Part shown: one piece after another, positions 36,939 through 49,089 of the stretch | Layout of the letters: the number at the start of each line of letters is the position of its first letter | Numbering within the stretch: position 1 is the stretch's first letter | From: Macrostomum lignano | Lineage: Eukaryota | Assembly: GCA_002269645.1 (NCBI GenBank) | Contig: NIVC01001044.1 | Coordinates: forward strand, 1 to 64,000 | DNA length: 64,000 nucleotides | Direction: 5' to 3' | The notes under the pieces: model-generated | The model's database searches: none | Told to the model about the DNA's origin: nothing | The model's input: only the letters and a program-made list of their open reading frames with translations | Program-made: the position numbers and the translations under genes

Positions 36939-39900
36939 TCAGTCATGCAGCTGGGCAATGAGCCGCTCTCTCTCCTTCTCCAGCTCGCCCTCGCTCAGGT
37001 CCATGCTGTCCGAGGCGTTCAGCGCCGCCTGCGACTCCTTCGGCGGTGCATCGTCGGCAGCAGTCTTCGAGGAGCCGCCACCGCGACCTCCGCGCTCGTC
37101 ACCGGAGGCTGCCGACGACCGGCTGGAATGTCGGCGCGCGCGCTTCCCGACCGCCGCTGACGACGAGGCGCCGGAGTGGCGCCGACTCCGGTGCTGCCGG
37201 CGCCGCGAGCCGCCGCTTTCCTCGCCGTCGTCAGGCAAGTCATCGCCGCCGCGCCGCCGCCTTCGTCGCGTTTTCGTTTCCGACTGCTGCCGCCGCCGCT
37301 GGAGGACTTGCCCTCCTTTCTGTGTTTCTTCTGCTCCTTTTCTTTCTTGTCCTTTTTCTTCTTTTTCTTCTCGCCACCAGCTTCGCCCTCGCCGTCGTCG
37401 GAATGCCGACTCTGCTTTTTCTTCTTCTTTTTGGTTTTTTGTCGCGCTCGCCGCCGGAGTCCGCCTTCTCGCCGTCCAAGTCGCCGTCGCTGTTTCGACG
37501 CGACTTCTTGCGGTCTTTGTCCTTAGACCGGTGGTCCTTGTCCTTGTCGACCTCCCGGTCGCGGTCTTTCTTTTTCTTCTTTTTCTTGCCCCCAGCCGCG
37601 GCGCCCGTGCCGCCAGACGCTGCGGATGCCGCCGGTTCGGCGAGGCTCTTCAAGAAGTCCTTGAACACGATGAGGCGCTCGGACTCGAGCGGGATGGCCT
37701 GGAAGCAGTCGGCCTGGCCGAATCTCTCCCTGACGGTGTCCCAGCTGGTGCTGGCGTCAACAGGCGGATCGGCCGAGAACAGCAGCTCCTTGAAGGCCTC
37801 GGCATGGCGCTGCATCTTGCGGCGCTCCTCTGCACGCTTCTCCTGCTCGATACAGCGCGCCTTCTCCTGCAGGCTGTCGAAGCTGCGCTCCACGTTGCCG
37901 GGGTCCAGCGAGCGGCCGCGCTCGTCCGAAGCGATCAGGCGAAGGAAATCCTCCAGCGCGGTGTCCGGACAGATGCTGAACGCGCGGTCCTTCATGATCT
38001 CCTTCACGATGCGCTTCTCCTCGGGGAATCGTTTCTTCAGATCGTCCACGTAGAATTTGAACAGGTCCAGCGGCGTGGAGCCCTGCTGGCACAGCATCTG
38101 GTCGAAACGACGGTCGCGGCAGATGTCGCGGAAGCAGTCTTTCCATAGGGAGTTCGCAGTGAGCCGGCCCTGGGATGGGGAGGAAATGCAAATAGACATT
38201 CATTATAGGAGCTTTGCTTTGCTTGTCTATTCTCCTCAGTGACAGATCTACTCCAATCAGTGACAGATCTACTTTAATCAGTGACAGATCCACTCCCATC
38301 AGTGACAGATCTACTCCAATCAGTGACAGATCTACTCCAATCAGTGACAGATCTACTTCAATCAGTGACAGATCTACTCCAATCAGTGACAGATCTACTT
38401 CAATCAGTGACAGATCTACTCCCATCAGTGACGGATCCACTCCAATCAGTGACAATCTACTTCAATCAGTGACAGATCTACTCCAATCAGTGACAGATCT
38501 ACTTCAATCAGTGACAGATCTGCTCCCATCAGTGACGGATCCACTCCCATCAGTGACAGATCCACTCCAATCAGTGACAGATCTACTTCAATCAGTGACA
38601 GATCTACTCCCGTCAGTGACAGATCCACTCCCGTCAGTGGCAGATCCACTCCCGTCAGTGGCAGATCCACTCCCGTCAGTGGCAGATCCACTCCCATCAG
38701 TGACAGATCCACTCCAATCAGTGACAGATCCACTCCAATCAGTGACAGATCCACTCCCATCAGTGACAGATCCACTCCCATCAGTGACAGATCCACTCCA
38801 ATCAGTGACAGATCCACTGCCATCAGTGACAGATCCACTGCCATCAGTGACAGATCCACTCCCATCAGTGACAGATCCACTCTTATCAGTGACAGATCCA
38901 CTGCCATCAGTGATAGATCCACTCCCATCAGTGACAGATCCACTCCCATCAGTGACAGATCCACTCCCATCAGTGACAGATCCACTCCCATCAGTGACAG
39001 ATCCACTCCCATCAGTGACAGATCCACTCCCATCAGTGACAGATCCACTCCCATCAGTGACAGATCCACTCCCATCAGTGACAGATCCACTCCCATCAGT
39101 GACAGATCCACTCCCATCAGTGACAGATCCACTCCCGTCAGTGGCAGATCCACTCCCGTCAGTGGCAGATCCACTCCCGTCAGTGGCAGATCCACTCCCA
39201 TCAGTGACAGATCCGCTCATACCTGGTCATGCAGCTCGTCCAACAGCACAACGAAGGCCTCTCTATTCTTCCTCTCTTGCCGCCGCTGCCTCAGCTGGTT
39301 CTCCTCTTTCTTATCGTCCTCCTCTTTCTCCAGGCGGGTGACGTGTTTCTGAAAGCAGATCAGCGCGTCCTCCTTGTCCATGTCTAGCAGCTCGCGGTCG
39401 GAGCGGAAGCTGGCGCTATTGCTGAGCATCTGCTGTGCCTCAGTCCAGGTGGTCAGGTAGTTCATCTCCTTCATACCCGCCAGAATCTCACCGAACCGTT
39501 CGATATTCCTGCGCTGCAGGGCCCGCTGCGCCTCCCGCTCGCGCTTGTCAATCTCGCGCACCGCGTCATCGAAGATGTCCCTGCGGTCCCGTTCGGGGAC
39601 GGCCGTCCAGACGCGCAGATCGACGAACATCTTCTCGGCTGTGCGGTACTTTGTGCTCGAAGTGATTGGCGCCGTCTGCAGCAGGAACTGCTCCAGGTCT
39701 TCGCGGGCCTTCTTGATCTGCGAGGGTTTGACAAGATAAGCATGTATAAGCATTTCAGCAGATATAAACACCCGATTACAGCTATTATAAACACCCCATT
39801 TTAGCATGGATAAACACCCGATTCAGCAGATATAAACACTCGATTAAGTATTTATAAACACCCGATTTAAGCATATAAAAACACCCAATTAATTTTATAT

Positions 39901-41542
39901 AAACACCCGATTTCAGCATAGATAAACACTTTTTTAGCATATATAAACACTTGATTTCAGCAGATATAAACACAAAAGTTTAGCATATATAAACACCTGA
40001 TTTTAGCTGATATAAAAACCCGATTTCATCATAGATATCTTTTTTATCATAGATAAACACTTGATTTCAGCATAGATAAACACTCGATTTCAGCATAGAT
40101 AAACACTCAATTTCAGCATATATAAGCATCCAATTTTAGCAGACATAAACACGGATATCAGCATAGATAAACAACCGATTTGAGCAAATATAAACACACG
40201 ATTTCAGCAGATAAAAACACAAAATTTTAGCATCTATAAACACCTGATTTTAGCTGATATAAACACCCGATTTCAGTGTATATAAACCCAATTCAGGCGA
40301 ATAAACACTCAATTTCAGCAGCTATAAAAATCAATTTTTGAATCTATTCATCTAAACACCGAATTGATGCTCTAATAAACACATCAACTCAACTTAAGCC
40401 TCTCAAAACACAATTAAAGATTGCAAAAACACTCTGATAAGGCTCTCTATAAACAAACACCCAATAGATGCCCCAAAGAGAATCAAAATAAAGATTCAAC
40501 TGAAACCAACCTTCAACCGCTGCTCCTCTTTCTCCTCCTTCTGCCGCTGAGTCTTATAATTATTGAACACCTGGCGCCTGTGCTGCAGGTGTTTCACCTG
40601 CTGGTAGCGCGGGTCCTCCTGAATCATGCGCACTGCGGTCTCCCAGGTGGCGCTGGACGGCACCCGCCGGTCCCGCAGCAGCTCTTTAAACACGTCTTCC
40701 TTGCTTTGCTCCTGCTGCTGCGGCTTGTTTTTCTTCTTCTTTCGGCCGGAGCCGCCGCTGCCGTCCGAGTCCTCGGAGCTGTCGCTGTCGTCATCGGCGC
40801 CAGACATGTCGCCGCCGCCGCGCCTTCGCTTACCGCCGCCTCGCTTGCCCGCCGCCGACGCCGAACTGCCAGCGTCGGAAGCGGCGGCGTCGGTAGTCGG
40901 CGGAATGACGCCGAATGACTCCAGCGTCTTCTTCATCGCTTCCTCGATGGCGGAGCTGCCGCCGCCGCCGCCGCCGCTGGCAGCCGGGGAGCCAACGGCG
41001 GCGGTAGGCGGAGGCGGCGGCCCAGACTGCTGCAGGTGCTGCATCTGCCTGAGCGGCTCGATGGCAGCCGCGGCCGCCGCCCGCTGCCGGGCCATCTCAG
41101 CCTGCTGCTCGGCCAAGCGGAGCTCCTCAGGCTTGGTCCACACGGACTGATTGGTGACCGAGTGAGAATAGTACACCTTGCCGGCATCCGTGCGGAACTC
41201 TCGCCACGGACACCGGGCCATGATCAGCTCCCACTCGGTTTTCAGATCGTCCGGCTTCTCCCAGACTGTCTTGCCGGTCACCAGGTTGTAATAGTACGTC
41301 TTGCCGTCTGGCATCGTGTGCTCCGCCCACTTCTTGTCCGTCGCAGCCGCCGCAGCTGCCGGGTGCCCCATCTGGTGATGCGGCATGGCGTGAAAGGCGT
41401 GGTGGGGCTGCTGCTGATGCTGCGGCGCTGGCGCCGAATAAGCGCCGGGCGCGGCGCCGCTGGGAAACATTGGCGCCCCGACAACTGGGGATGAGTGCTG
41501 TTGGTGCTGCGTGCGAACAGGAAAGCCGTTAGCCGCTGACAT
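36939..41542 (-). CDS. PRPF40A: Pre-mRNA processing factor 40 (two WW domains, FF domains, Lys/Arg/Ser-rich tail); two 1-nt frameshifts in the last exon
   Basis: Exons 41542-40511, 39717-39223, 38169-36939. WW1 [21 protein letters not shown]; WW2 [19 protein letters not shown]; FF repeats ([22 protein letters not shown]); conserved C-terminus [18 protein letters not shown]. Frame restored by +1 nt at ~37438 and ~37251. Confidence 0.93.
38235..39215. repeat. 21-bp intronic minisatellite (CAGTGACAGATCCACTCCCAT)n
   Basis: Fills PRP40 intron 38170-39222. Confidence 0.97.
39745..40340. repeat. Degenerate AT-rich ~22-bp intronic repeat (ATAAACACCCGATTTCAGCAT-like)
   Basis: PRP40 intron 39718-40510. 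Confidence 0.85.
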
Positions 41543-41694
41543 TGACTGCTGTGTCGGCGTAGGCTAGACTGGGTTCATGCAGTAATGCGCAAAATATTAA
41601 CTGTATTCATATTCTACTTGAAGTAGACAAATTGGATTATCAGTACATCATTTGTGCGCTCAACCCAAATGTAAAACCTGATACAGGCATTGGT

Positions 41695-42142
41695 TGAGTA
41701 GCTGGTGGACAGGGACAGTAGCTGGTGGACAGGAACAGTAGCTGATGGACAGGGACAGTAGCTGTTGGACAGGGACAGTAGCTAATGGACAGGGACAGTA
41801 GCTAATGGACAGGGGCAGTAGCTGTTGGACAGGGACAGTAGCTAATGGACAGGGACAGTAGCTAATGGACAGGGACAGTAGCTAATGGACAGGGACAGTA
41901 GCTAATGGACAGGGACAGTAGCTAATGGACAGGGACAGTAGCTAATGGACAGGGACAGTAGCTAATGGACAGGGACAGTAGCTAATGGACAGGGACAGTA
42001 GCTAATGGACAGGGACAGTAGCTAATGGACAGGGACAGTAGCTAATGGACAGGGACAGTAGCTAATGGACAGGGGCAGTAGCTAATGGACAGGGGCAGTA
42101 GCTAATGGACAGGGACAGTAGCTAATGGACAGGGGCAGTAGC
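41695..42142. repeat. 20-bp intergenic minisatellite (GTAGCTAATGGACAGGGACA)n
   Basis: About 22 units between WDR34 and PRP40. Confidence 0.97.
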
Positions 42143-42603
42143 AGAACAAATAAAAATAATTCAATCAAAAATCGACTTCAAAACGTATAATAAAGTCGAG
42201 TTAGTTATTTATTTGAAACTCTGATTACTTAAATTGCTTGAAGCGATAAAAAATCAAAGGACAGAAGTTACTTTTAGAAATCAATTCAAAGTTAAGTGCA
42301 TGAATATAAAAAGTCAAAACAGGTATGTATAAGTATTTTAGTTCAAAACGGACGGAGTAAGCGCACAGATTCTGACAAGGATCAAGAGAACAGAACAAGG
42401 CAGTGATCTACATCTATATATATACTACTTACTAAGTAGCTTGAAAAAATATTTATCGATTTCAGTAAACAGGAACCATCATCTTGGTTAACCTTTCGGT
42501 TACAATGAGTTTTCGAGCTATTCCCACTGACACCCTACTCACGATTATAGGCAATAAAAAGGCCAAACAGGCTACATGCAATGCATTGTAAGCCCAAAGA
42601 CGA

Positions 42604-43845
42604 TCATTCATCCCCAGCTCCTTCGTCACCTGCTTGACCCTCGCCTCCGCCGCCACCTCTGCTGCCAGCTCCAGTAAGGCTGGCAAAGAACTCGCCAACA
42701 GTGGCAGCGTTGCCAGCGGCTCCCAGATCCGCGTCCTGCCACACCAGCAGCCGGCCATCGGCTGTGCCAGCAGCCAGCCAGCTGGCATTCATCGGGTTCC
42801 ACTGGGTGCACAGCACCGCCTGCTGCTGCCCGCTGTCCGCGCCGCCCGCCGCACTCAGGGAAGCCACGGGAGACGCAACAGCCGAGGCGCCGGCTCCGCC
42901 AGCTGCACCGAGCGCGTACACCAGAACCCCGGCGTGCTCAGTTGCTATGGCAACCAGTCCAGGCCGAGCGGCTCCGCTGCTGGCGCAGCCGCCGGCAGCT
43001 CCGGCCGCAGTCTCCAGGCAGAGCAGCGGCGGCAGCGACGTGGCGGAAGCTGAGGCCGGCGGCGCCGCAGCGGACGAGGACTCGCCGCCAACGGCGTACA
43101 TCGAGCAGGCGCCGGAGCCGCCGCTGACGATGAAGAGGCCAGCGGAGGCGCCGGGCATGGCTGGCGCCAGGTGCACCGAGTCCAGCGCCAGCACCATGCC
43201 GAGCCCGCCGCAGTCGATGGCGCGCAGCACTTCGGGATCTCGCGGCGGCGAATTCGGGTCAAACGGCTTGGATTTGGAGGCCCGCGACTTCACCCGGCAG
43301 ACCAGCACCGCACCGGCTTCGCAGCCCAGCGCCACTGTCACTGTCGAGGAGGAATCGCCGCTGCGACCGCCGCCGCCGACCAGCCGCGCGCAGGTGACGC
43401 CGACGACGCCAGCCCGGCCGGAGGCGCGAACCCGCAGCGATTTCGGCAGCGACTTGGCCGACAGGCGGTTCGCACCGGCCAAGCCAAGCGTGGCCGCGCC
43501 AGCAGCCACAGCAGCAGCAGGCCGTCAGCGCCGACAGTCAGCAAGTGGTCCCGGCTGGAGGAGCCGCCGGCGGTGGACTTTTTGATCCACAGAATCTGAT
43601 TGGAAATTTAGTTGGCAAATATGCGATGAGAGTGATCTGCTAGAGGTGCTCAAAAATGAGATTCGAACTCAGGATCGCAGTATTTATAAGCTATGAACTA
43701 GGTAGCTCAACTGTAACGCGTCTGTCTAAGAGTCACACTGGCTCACACTGGTAGCACAGAAAGACAGACACACAGACAGACAGACAGCCAGACAGCCAGA
43801 AAGACAGACAGACAGACAGCCAGGCAGACAGACAGACAGACAGAA

Positions 43846-43882
<37 letters not shown>

Positions 43883-43915
43883 CAGACAGACAGCCAGGCA
43901 GACAGACAGCCAGGC

Positions 43916-43976
<61 letters not shown>

Positions 43977-44031
43977 CACAGACAGACAGACAGACAGACA
44001 GCCAGGCAGACAGACAGACAGACAGACAGCC

Positions 44032-44076
<45 letters not shown>

Positions 44077-44083
44077 GCCAGGC

Positions 44084-44118
<35 letters not shown>

Positions 44119-44119
44119 A

Positions 44120-44158
<39 letters not shown>

Positions 44159-44159
44159 A

Positions 44160-44192
<33 letters not shown>

Positions 44193-44267
44193 CAGACAGA
44201 CAGACAGACAGACAGCCAGGCAGACAGACAGACAGACAGCCAGACAGACAGACAGACAGACAGACAC

Positions 44268-44298
<31 letters not shown>

Positions 44299-44369
44299 CA
44301 CAGACAGACAGACAGACAGACAGACAGCCAGGCAGACAGACAGACAGACAGACAGACAGATAGCCAGGC

Positions 44370-44402
<33 letters not shown>

Positions 44403-44403
44403 C

Positions 44404-44454
<51 letters not shown>

Positions 44455-44465
44455 CACAGACAGAC

Positions 44466-44520
<55 letters not shown>

Positions 44521-44535
44521 CACAGACAGACAGAA

Positions 44536-44588
<53 letters not shown>

Positions 44589-44589
44589 C

Positions 44590-44632
<43 letters not shown>

Positions 44633-44633
44633 C

Positions 44634-44676
<43 letters not shown>

Positions 44677-44695
44677 CACAGACACACAGACAGAC

Positions 44696-44758
<63 letters not shown>

Positions 44759-44769
44759 CACAGACAGAC

Positions 44770-44828
<59 letters not shown>

Positions 44829-44839
44829 CACAGACAGAC

Positions 44840-44896
<57 letters not shown>

Positions 44897-47154
44897 AAGA
44901 CAGAGAGGCAATTTTAATGTCTGCGACTCTAAAACGACCCTACGACTCAAGAAGTCGTACTTGATGCGTGCTAAAGTCGCTGTCGAGCCACTAAGTTGTG
45001 CTTGAATCACTAACTAGCCTACTGAGTTAGTAGAAAGTTGAGGGCCAACACAATAATTCTTAAACGACTCTTGGACGTTTGTGTCGCAACAGTCGCCTCT
45101 TTGTCGCATTAGACACGTTTGAGTCGTTCGAAAGTCATTTCGAACTCGCTAGAGTCACCAGAAAGTTGTTTGTAACGACTTTTCAGCGATTTTTCTCTTG
45201 GTATCGGGGACCCAACGATAATAAGGCTAAGGCAGTTATACACCACTAGTCAGCGCGTGCCTGCGTGCGTATCCGAGTGCGGATACCCATGGCTGCTTGC
45301 AGTTTGCCTCACCGATGGCTGATAATGATCCCGCAAATACAGACAATCAAAGCCAAAGCCTAGATAAACAGATAATTGGTCTGTGCAACCAACTCAACTT
45401 ACCTCAACAATGGGCTCTTGGTGAGCAATCTCCAGTCCGCCCTCTGAGTCAGCAGCGACCGCCTGCTGTTTCAGCGAGCTGACAAGCAGCTGCTCGGCCT
45501 CCTCCCCCACTGACACATTCCACACCAGCAGCTCGCCTGTGAAGCTGCCGCCCGCCAGCAGGGAGGCGTTGCTGGGGTGGTATTGCACTGAGGTAACGCA
45601 GCTGGACGTCTCGAGAACTGCATGCGGCTTCTGCTGCTGCTGCTGGCGGTCCTGCTGCAATGAGTGACATGTTCAGGTGCACTGATTGTGGATAAATGCG
45701 GTCTGTTTGGGAGCACAGACAGAAAGACACAGACAGACAGGCAGGCAGACACAGACAGTCACAGACAGTCAGACAGACAGGCAGACACAGACAGTCACAG
45801 ACAGACAGACAGGCAGACACAGACAGACAGTCACAGACAGACAGTCACAGACAGACAGTCACAGACAGACAGGCAGACAGACACAGTCACAGACAGACAG
45901 ACAGGCAGACAGACAGGCAGACACAGACAGTCACAGAAAGACAGACAGGCGGACAGACAGACAGACACAGACAGTCACAGACAGACAGACAGGCAGACAG
46001 ACAGGCAGACACAGACAGACAGACAGGCAGACAGACAGGCAGACACAGACAGTCACAGGCAGACAGACAGACAGACAGGCAGACAGACACAGACAGTCAC
46101 AGACAGACAGACAGACAGACAGACAGGCAGACACAGACCCACCTGTCCCCGCGCAGAGGAGGCATTCCACACGCAGACGGCGCCCCTGTGCAGGCACCAG
46201 TCCTGGTGGTCGGACCGGCCCAGCGCAGCGGCCACAAACGCGCCGGTGGCGCTCCAGCTCAGTGCGGCTACTGGCATGGAATCGAGCTCGGGACTGCCAG
46301 CGCCGGCTACGACGGAGAGTCGAAGCGGCGCCGTGTCGGAGTTGGTGCCGGCGCCGCCACCGGGTCCGCGTGCGCCGTAGCGGCCGGAGAGAGCGGAGAA
46401 GGCGGTGCTGCGCGAGGCGCGCTCGAGCTCCCGGCACATCAAAGGCTCGAGCCGACGCAGCGCCTGCATCAGTGAGAATAACGGGGTGGGGTTGGAAATG
46501 CTTCTCTGCTTGCCATCGGAAGCTTGAAGAGTTTAGGGCTGATAGCGGCTGCTTGAATTCAGCTTTTCAGGTGGGGAATTTACTCAGGTAGCCCATTACT
46601 CAGGCGGGAAATTTACTCAGGTAGCTCATTACTCAGGTGGGGAATTTACTCAGGTAGCCCATTGCTCAGGTGGGGAATTTACTCAGGTAGCCCATTGCTC
46701 AGGTGGGGAATTTACTTAGGTAGCCCATTGCTCAGGTGCGGAATTTACTCAGGTAGCCCATTGCTCAGATGGGGAATTTACTCAGGTAGCCCATTACTCA
46801 GGTGGGGAATTTACTCAGGTAGCTCATTGCTCAGATGGGGAATTTACATACTCAGGCAGGTAACCCACTGCTCATTTAACTTATTTGTTAAATAACTTAT
46901 TAGTTTATAAAACCAATAAAACTCAGACACACCTTGATAACCTCCGGATCCAGCTCGCTGGAATCAACACTGAGCTCCTCCTGCACGTACATGAAGCTGT
47001 CAGTCTGGCACTCGACCTCTTTGCGCCGGGTGGTCTGCAGGCCGCGCTGGTAGCGGGTGATGGCGGGTGTCTCGGTCTCGCGGTCCTTGGTTTTTACCTC
47101 GACGCGCCAGGCCGAGGGGCAATCAATAACGGCTTGACTTTCGTCTGAGAACAT
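42604..47154 (-). CDS. WDR34: Dynein-2 intermediate chain WDR34 (WD40 repeats); one 1-nt frameshift in the last exon
   Basis: Exons 47154-46933, 46463-46143, 45654-45403, 43595-42604, all phase 0. N-terminus MFSDES..CPSAW..EVECQTD; [13 protein letters not shown]; [16 protein letters not shown]; [22 protein letters not shown]; HQEPIVEILW. All match the WDR34/DYNC2I2 family. Frame restored by +1 G at ~43500. Confidence 0.88.
43755..44905. repeat. (GACA)n microsatellite in WDR34 intron 3
   Basis: Direct reading. Confidence 0.98.
45715..46140. repeat. (GACA)/(CAGT)-based repeat filling WDR34 intron 2
   Basis: Direct reading. Confidence 0.95.
46565..46860. repeat. 33-bp intronic minisatellite (GTGGGGAATTTACTCAGGTAGCCCATTGCTCAG)n
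   Basis: About 9 units in WDR34 intron 1. Confidence 0.93.
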
Positions 47155-48832
47155 GCTCAAAATTCTATGTAGCAATTCAGCATGAAAATTAGATTGAATT
47201 GCTATATTGTCATATTATATTGTCAAGTCTAAATGCTGTGTCATCTGATTAGTATTATATTTGTTTTTGGCTAGGCATTTTTGCAGCTTACTTTAGCTAC
47301 TTTAGTTAATTTTAGAAAAAAATAAGAATTTTATACCTGGCCAAATACAATAGCCAGCCAATCTTTTATCAAGCTAGCAGCATATGCCAACAAGATTGCT
47401 GAAAAATCACTGAAGCAACAATGACAAAAGTAAAAATTATATTAAGAAAACCTTATTCTTGTGTTTTAAAAGTCTTATGCTTAAAATAAGAAAGACATTT
47501 TTCAAAATTTTTCATTAAACTCTAGCCTTAAATAGCACAAATTTAAGTTTAGCTAACAATTCTTGAAGATTGCCCATGCCTTAATCATAGAGAAAAGTGG
47601 CTTTGACTTAGAATATGGCATTAACTAAACTGAATATACATCTACTGAATAAACAATAGAATAGACAAACTGAATTAACATAGACTGAATAGAGCATAGC
47701 ATCCATAGTCAAGAATATAGCCTTTTAGGAACAAAATTCTGACACAAAAGAGGGTTAGACATATACCATGCCATTGCATTCCAGTTCAATAGCAGGCAAA
47801 AGGGGGAAATCTAGAATAGTATGAGTATGATATAAGTCAAAACTTTGACACAAATTGGTATAAGACAAAAACTTTTAGAAAGATAGTATTTTTGTAGATG
47901 GAAACTTAGCATATTTTTGTTTACTAGTATACTGATAGCTTTTTTAATTAAAATCTTAATATTCTATGAAAAAGATTTAAATATAAGTTTTACTAGCATT
48001 TTTTAAATGGAAAATACAGATTTTTGTTTTGTGTTTTTTTTCATAAAAGTTCTAGCACACGGCACAAGCAGACTTATTTGATAGCAATACTATTCCAAAT
48101 AGTTCAACTGCACATTGCAATCAGTTTTTTGACAGAATTTGCTCTGGCACAGATATACCATGATCTTGATTGACTATACTATCACATCTATAGGACCATG
48201 TTAAGGAAAATGGCCTTTTTGCTTAAAAGTTCTAGCATGCAATATTAGCCCTTTAGTTTATTGATGTGTTTATTTGGCATGCAAAGTTCTTTGAAAATAA
48301 GTAAATATATATTCTAGTTTTTATAACAAAAGGTAGAACATTTTAAAGAAAAAAGTTGTAATTAAGAGATAATAGGAGTGCAAATGAAAATAATAATAAT
48401 ACTGATTGAATGTGATAATTTTATTTTAAAGAATTTAGCTACTTGAACTTTATGCAACCCATAGTCAGGAAAATGGCTTTTTTCCCAAAAAAATCCAGTG
48501 CAAAAGTGGGTTGGACATTCGCAGTGTTGGGCAAAGTTCCGGCACTTCTAGCACTTTTAGTACCAGAAGTAATTTTTTTAAAGCGGCACTTTTTTCTGGT
48601 TCTTTTTTTTAAATGCTGGACTTTGGTAATGGAAGTTACTTTTTGATAAAGTCCAGTCCTCCAGTACTTGAACATGAAATTTTAGGTGCCAAACAGTCAA
48701 TTTAGCACTAAATATTTCCCAAAAGCACAAAACCTCTTCCAAAACACTTGTAGTACAATTATAAAAAGGTAAAAAAAAGATTATCCTAGATCATGTGGTT
48801 TTTACATTTTTTAAGTTAAAGCATGTTTTAAG

Positions 48833-49089
48833 CATACATGCGCAACTGCTGGCCGACCTGGCTGATCTGGCCACCATAAATTGTGGTGGACCAAGGGTAA
48901 GTCGCAAAAAAGCCCAGCCTAAAGAATACAGACGTAGTACTAATTAGATGACGAGGCATTTAGCCCTTATAAGACAGTTATAGTTACTCTTGCCGTTTAC
49001 CTAATCGGGTTTCTTTTAAAGGTAAGTCGCATTTTGGTCAAAAAGTAAGTTGCATGGCCAGTGTAAATCAGGGGGGTTGCGCATGTATG
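48833..49089. mobile_element. Non-autonomous DNA transposon (MITE), 257 bp
   Basis: Perfect 14-bp TIRs CATACATGCGCAAC / GTTGCGCATGTATG; target-site duplication TTTTAAG (7 bp; or GTTTTAAGC, 9 bp, if the ends are taken 1 nt inward); internal GTAAGTYGCA repeats. Confidence 0.85.

Noticed and set aside
36883-43599. Long plus-strand ORFs opposite PRP40 and WDR34 exons
   Set aside because: Antisense shadows of GC-rich coding sequence.
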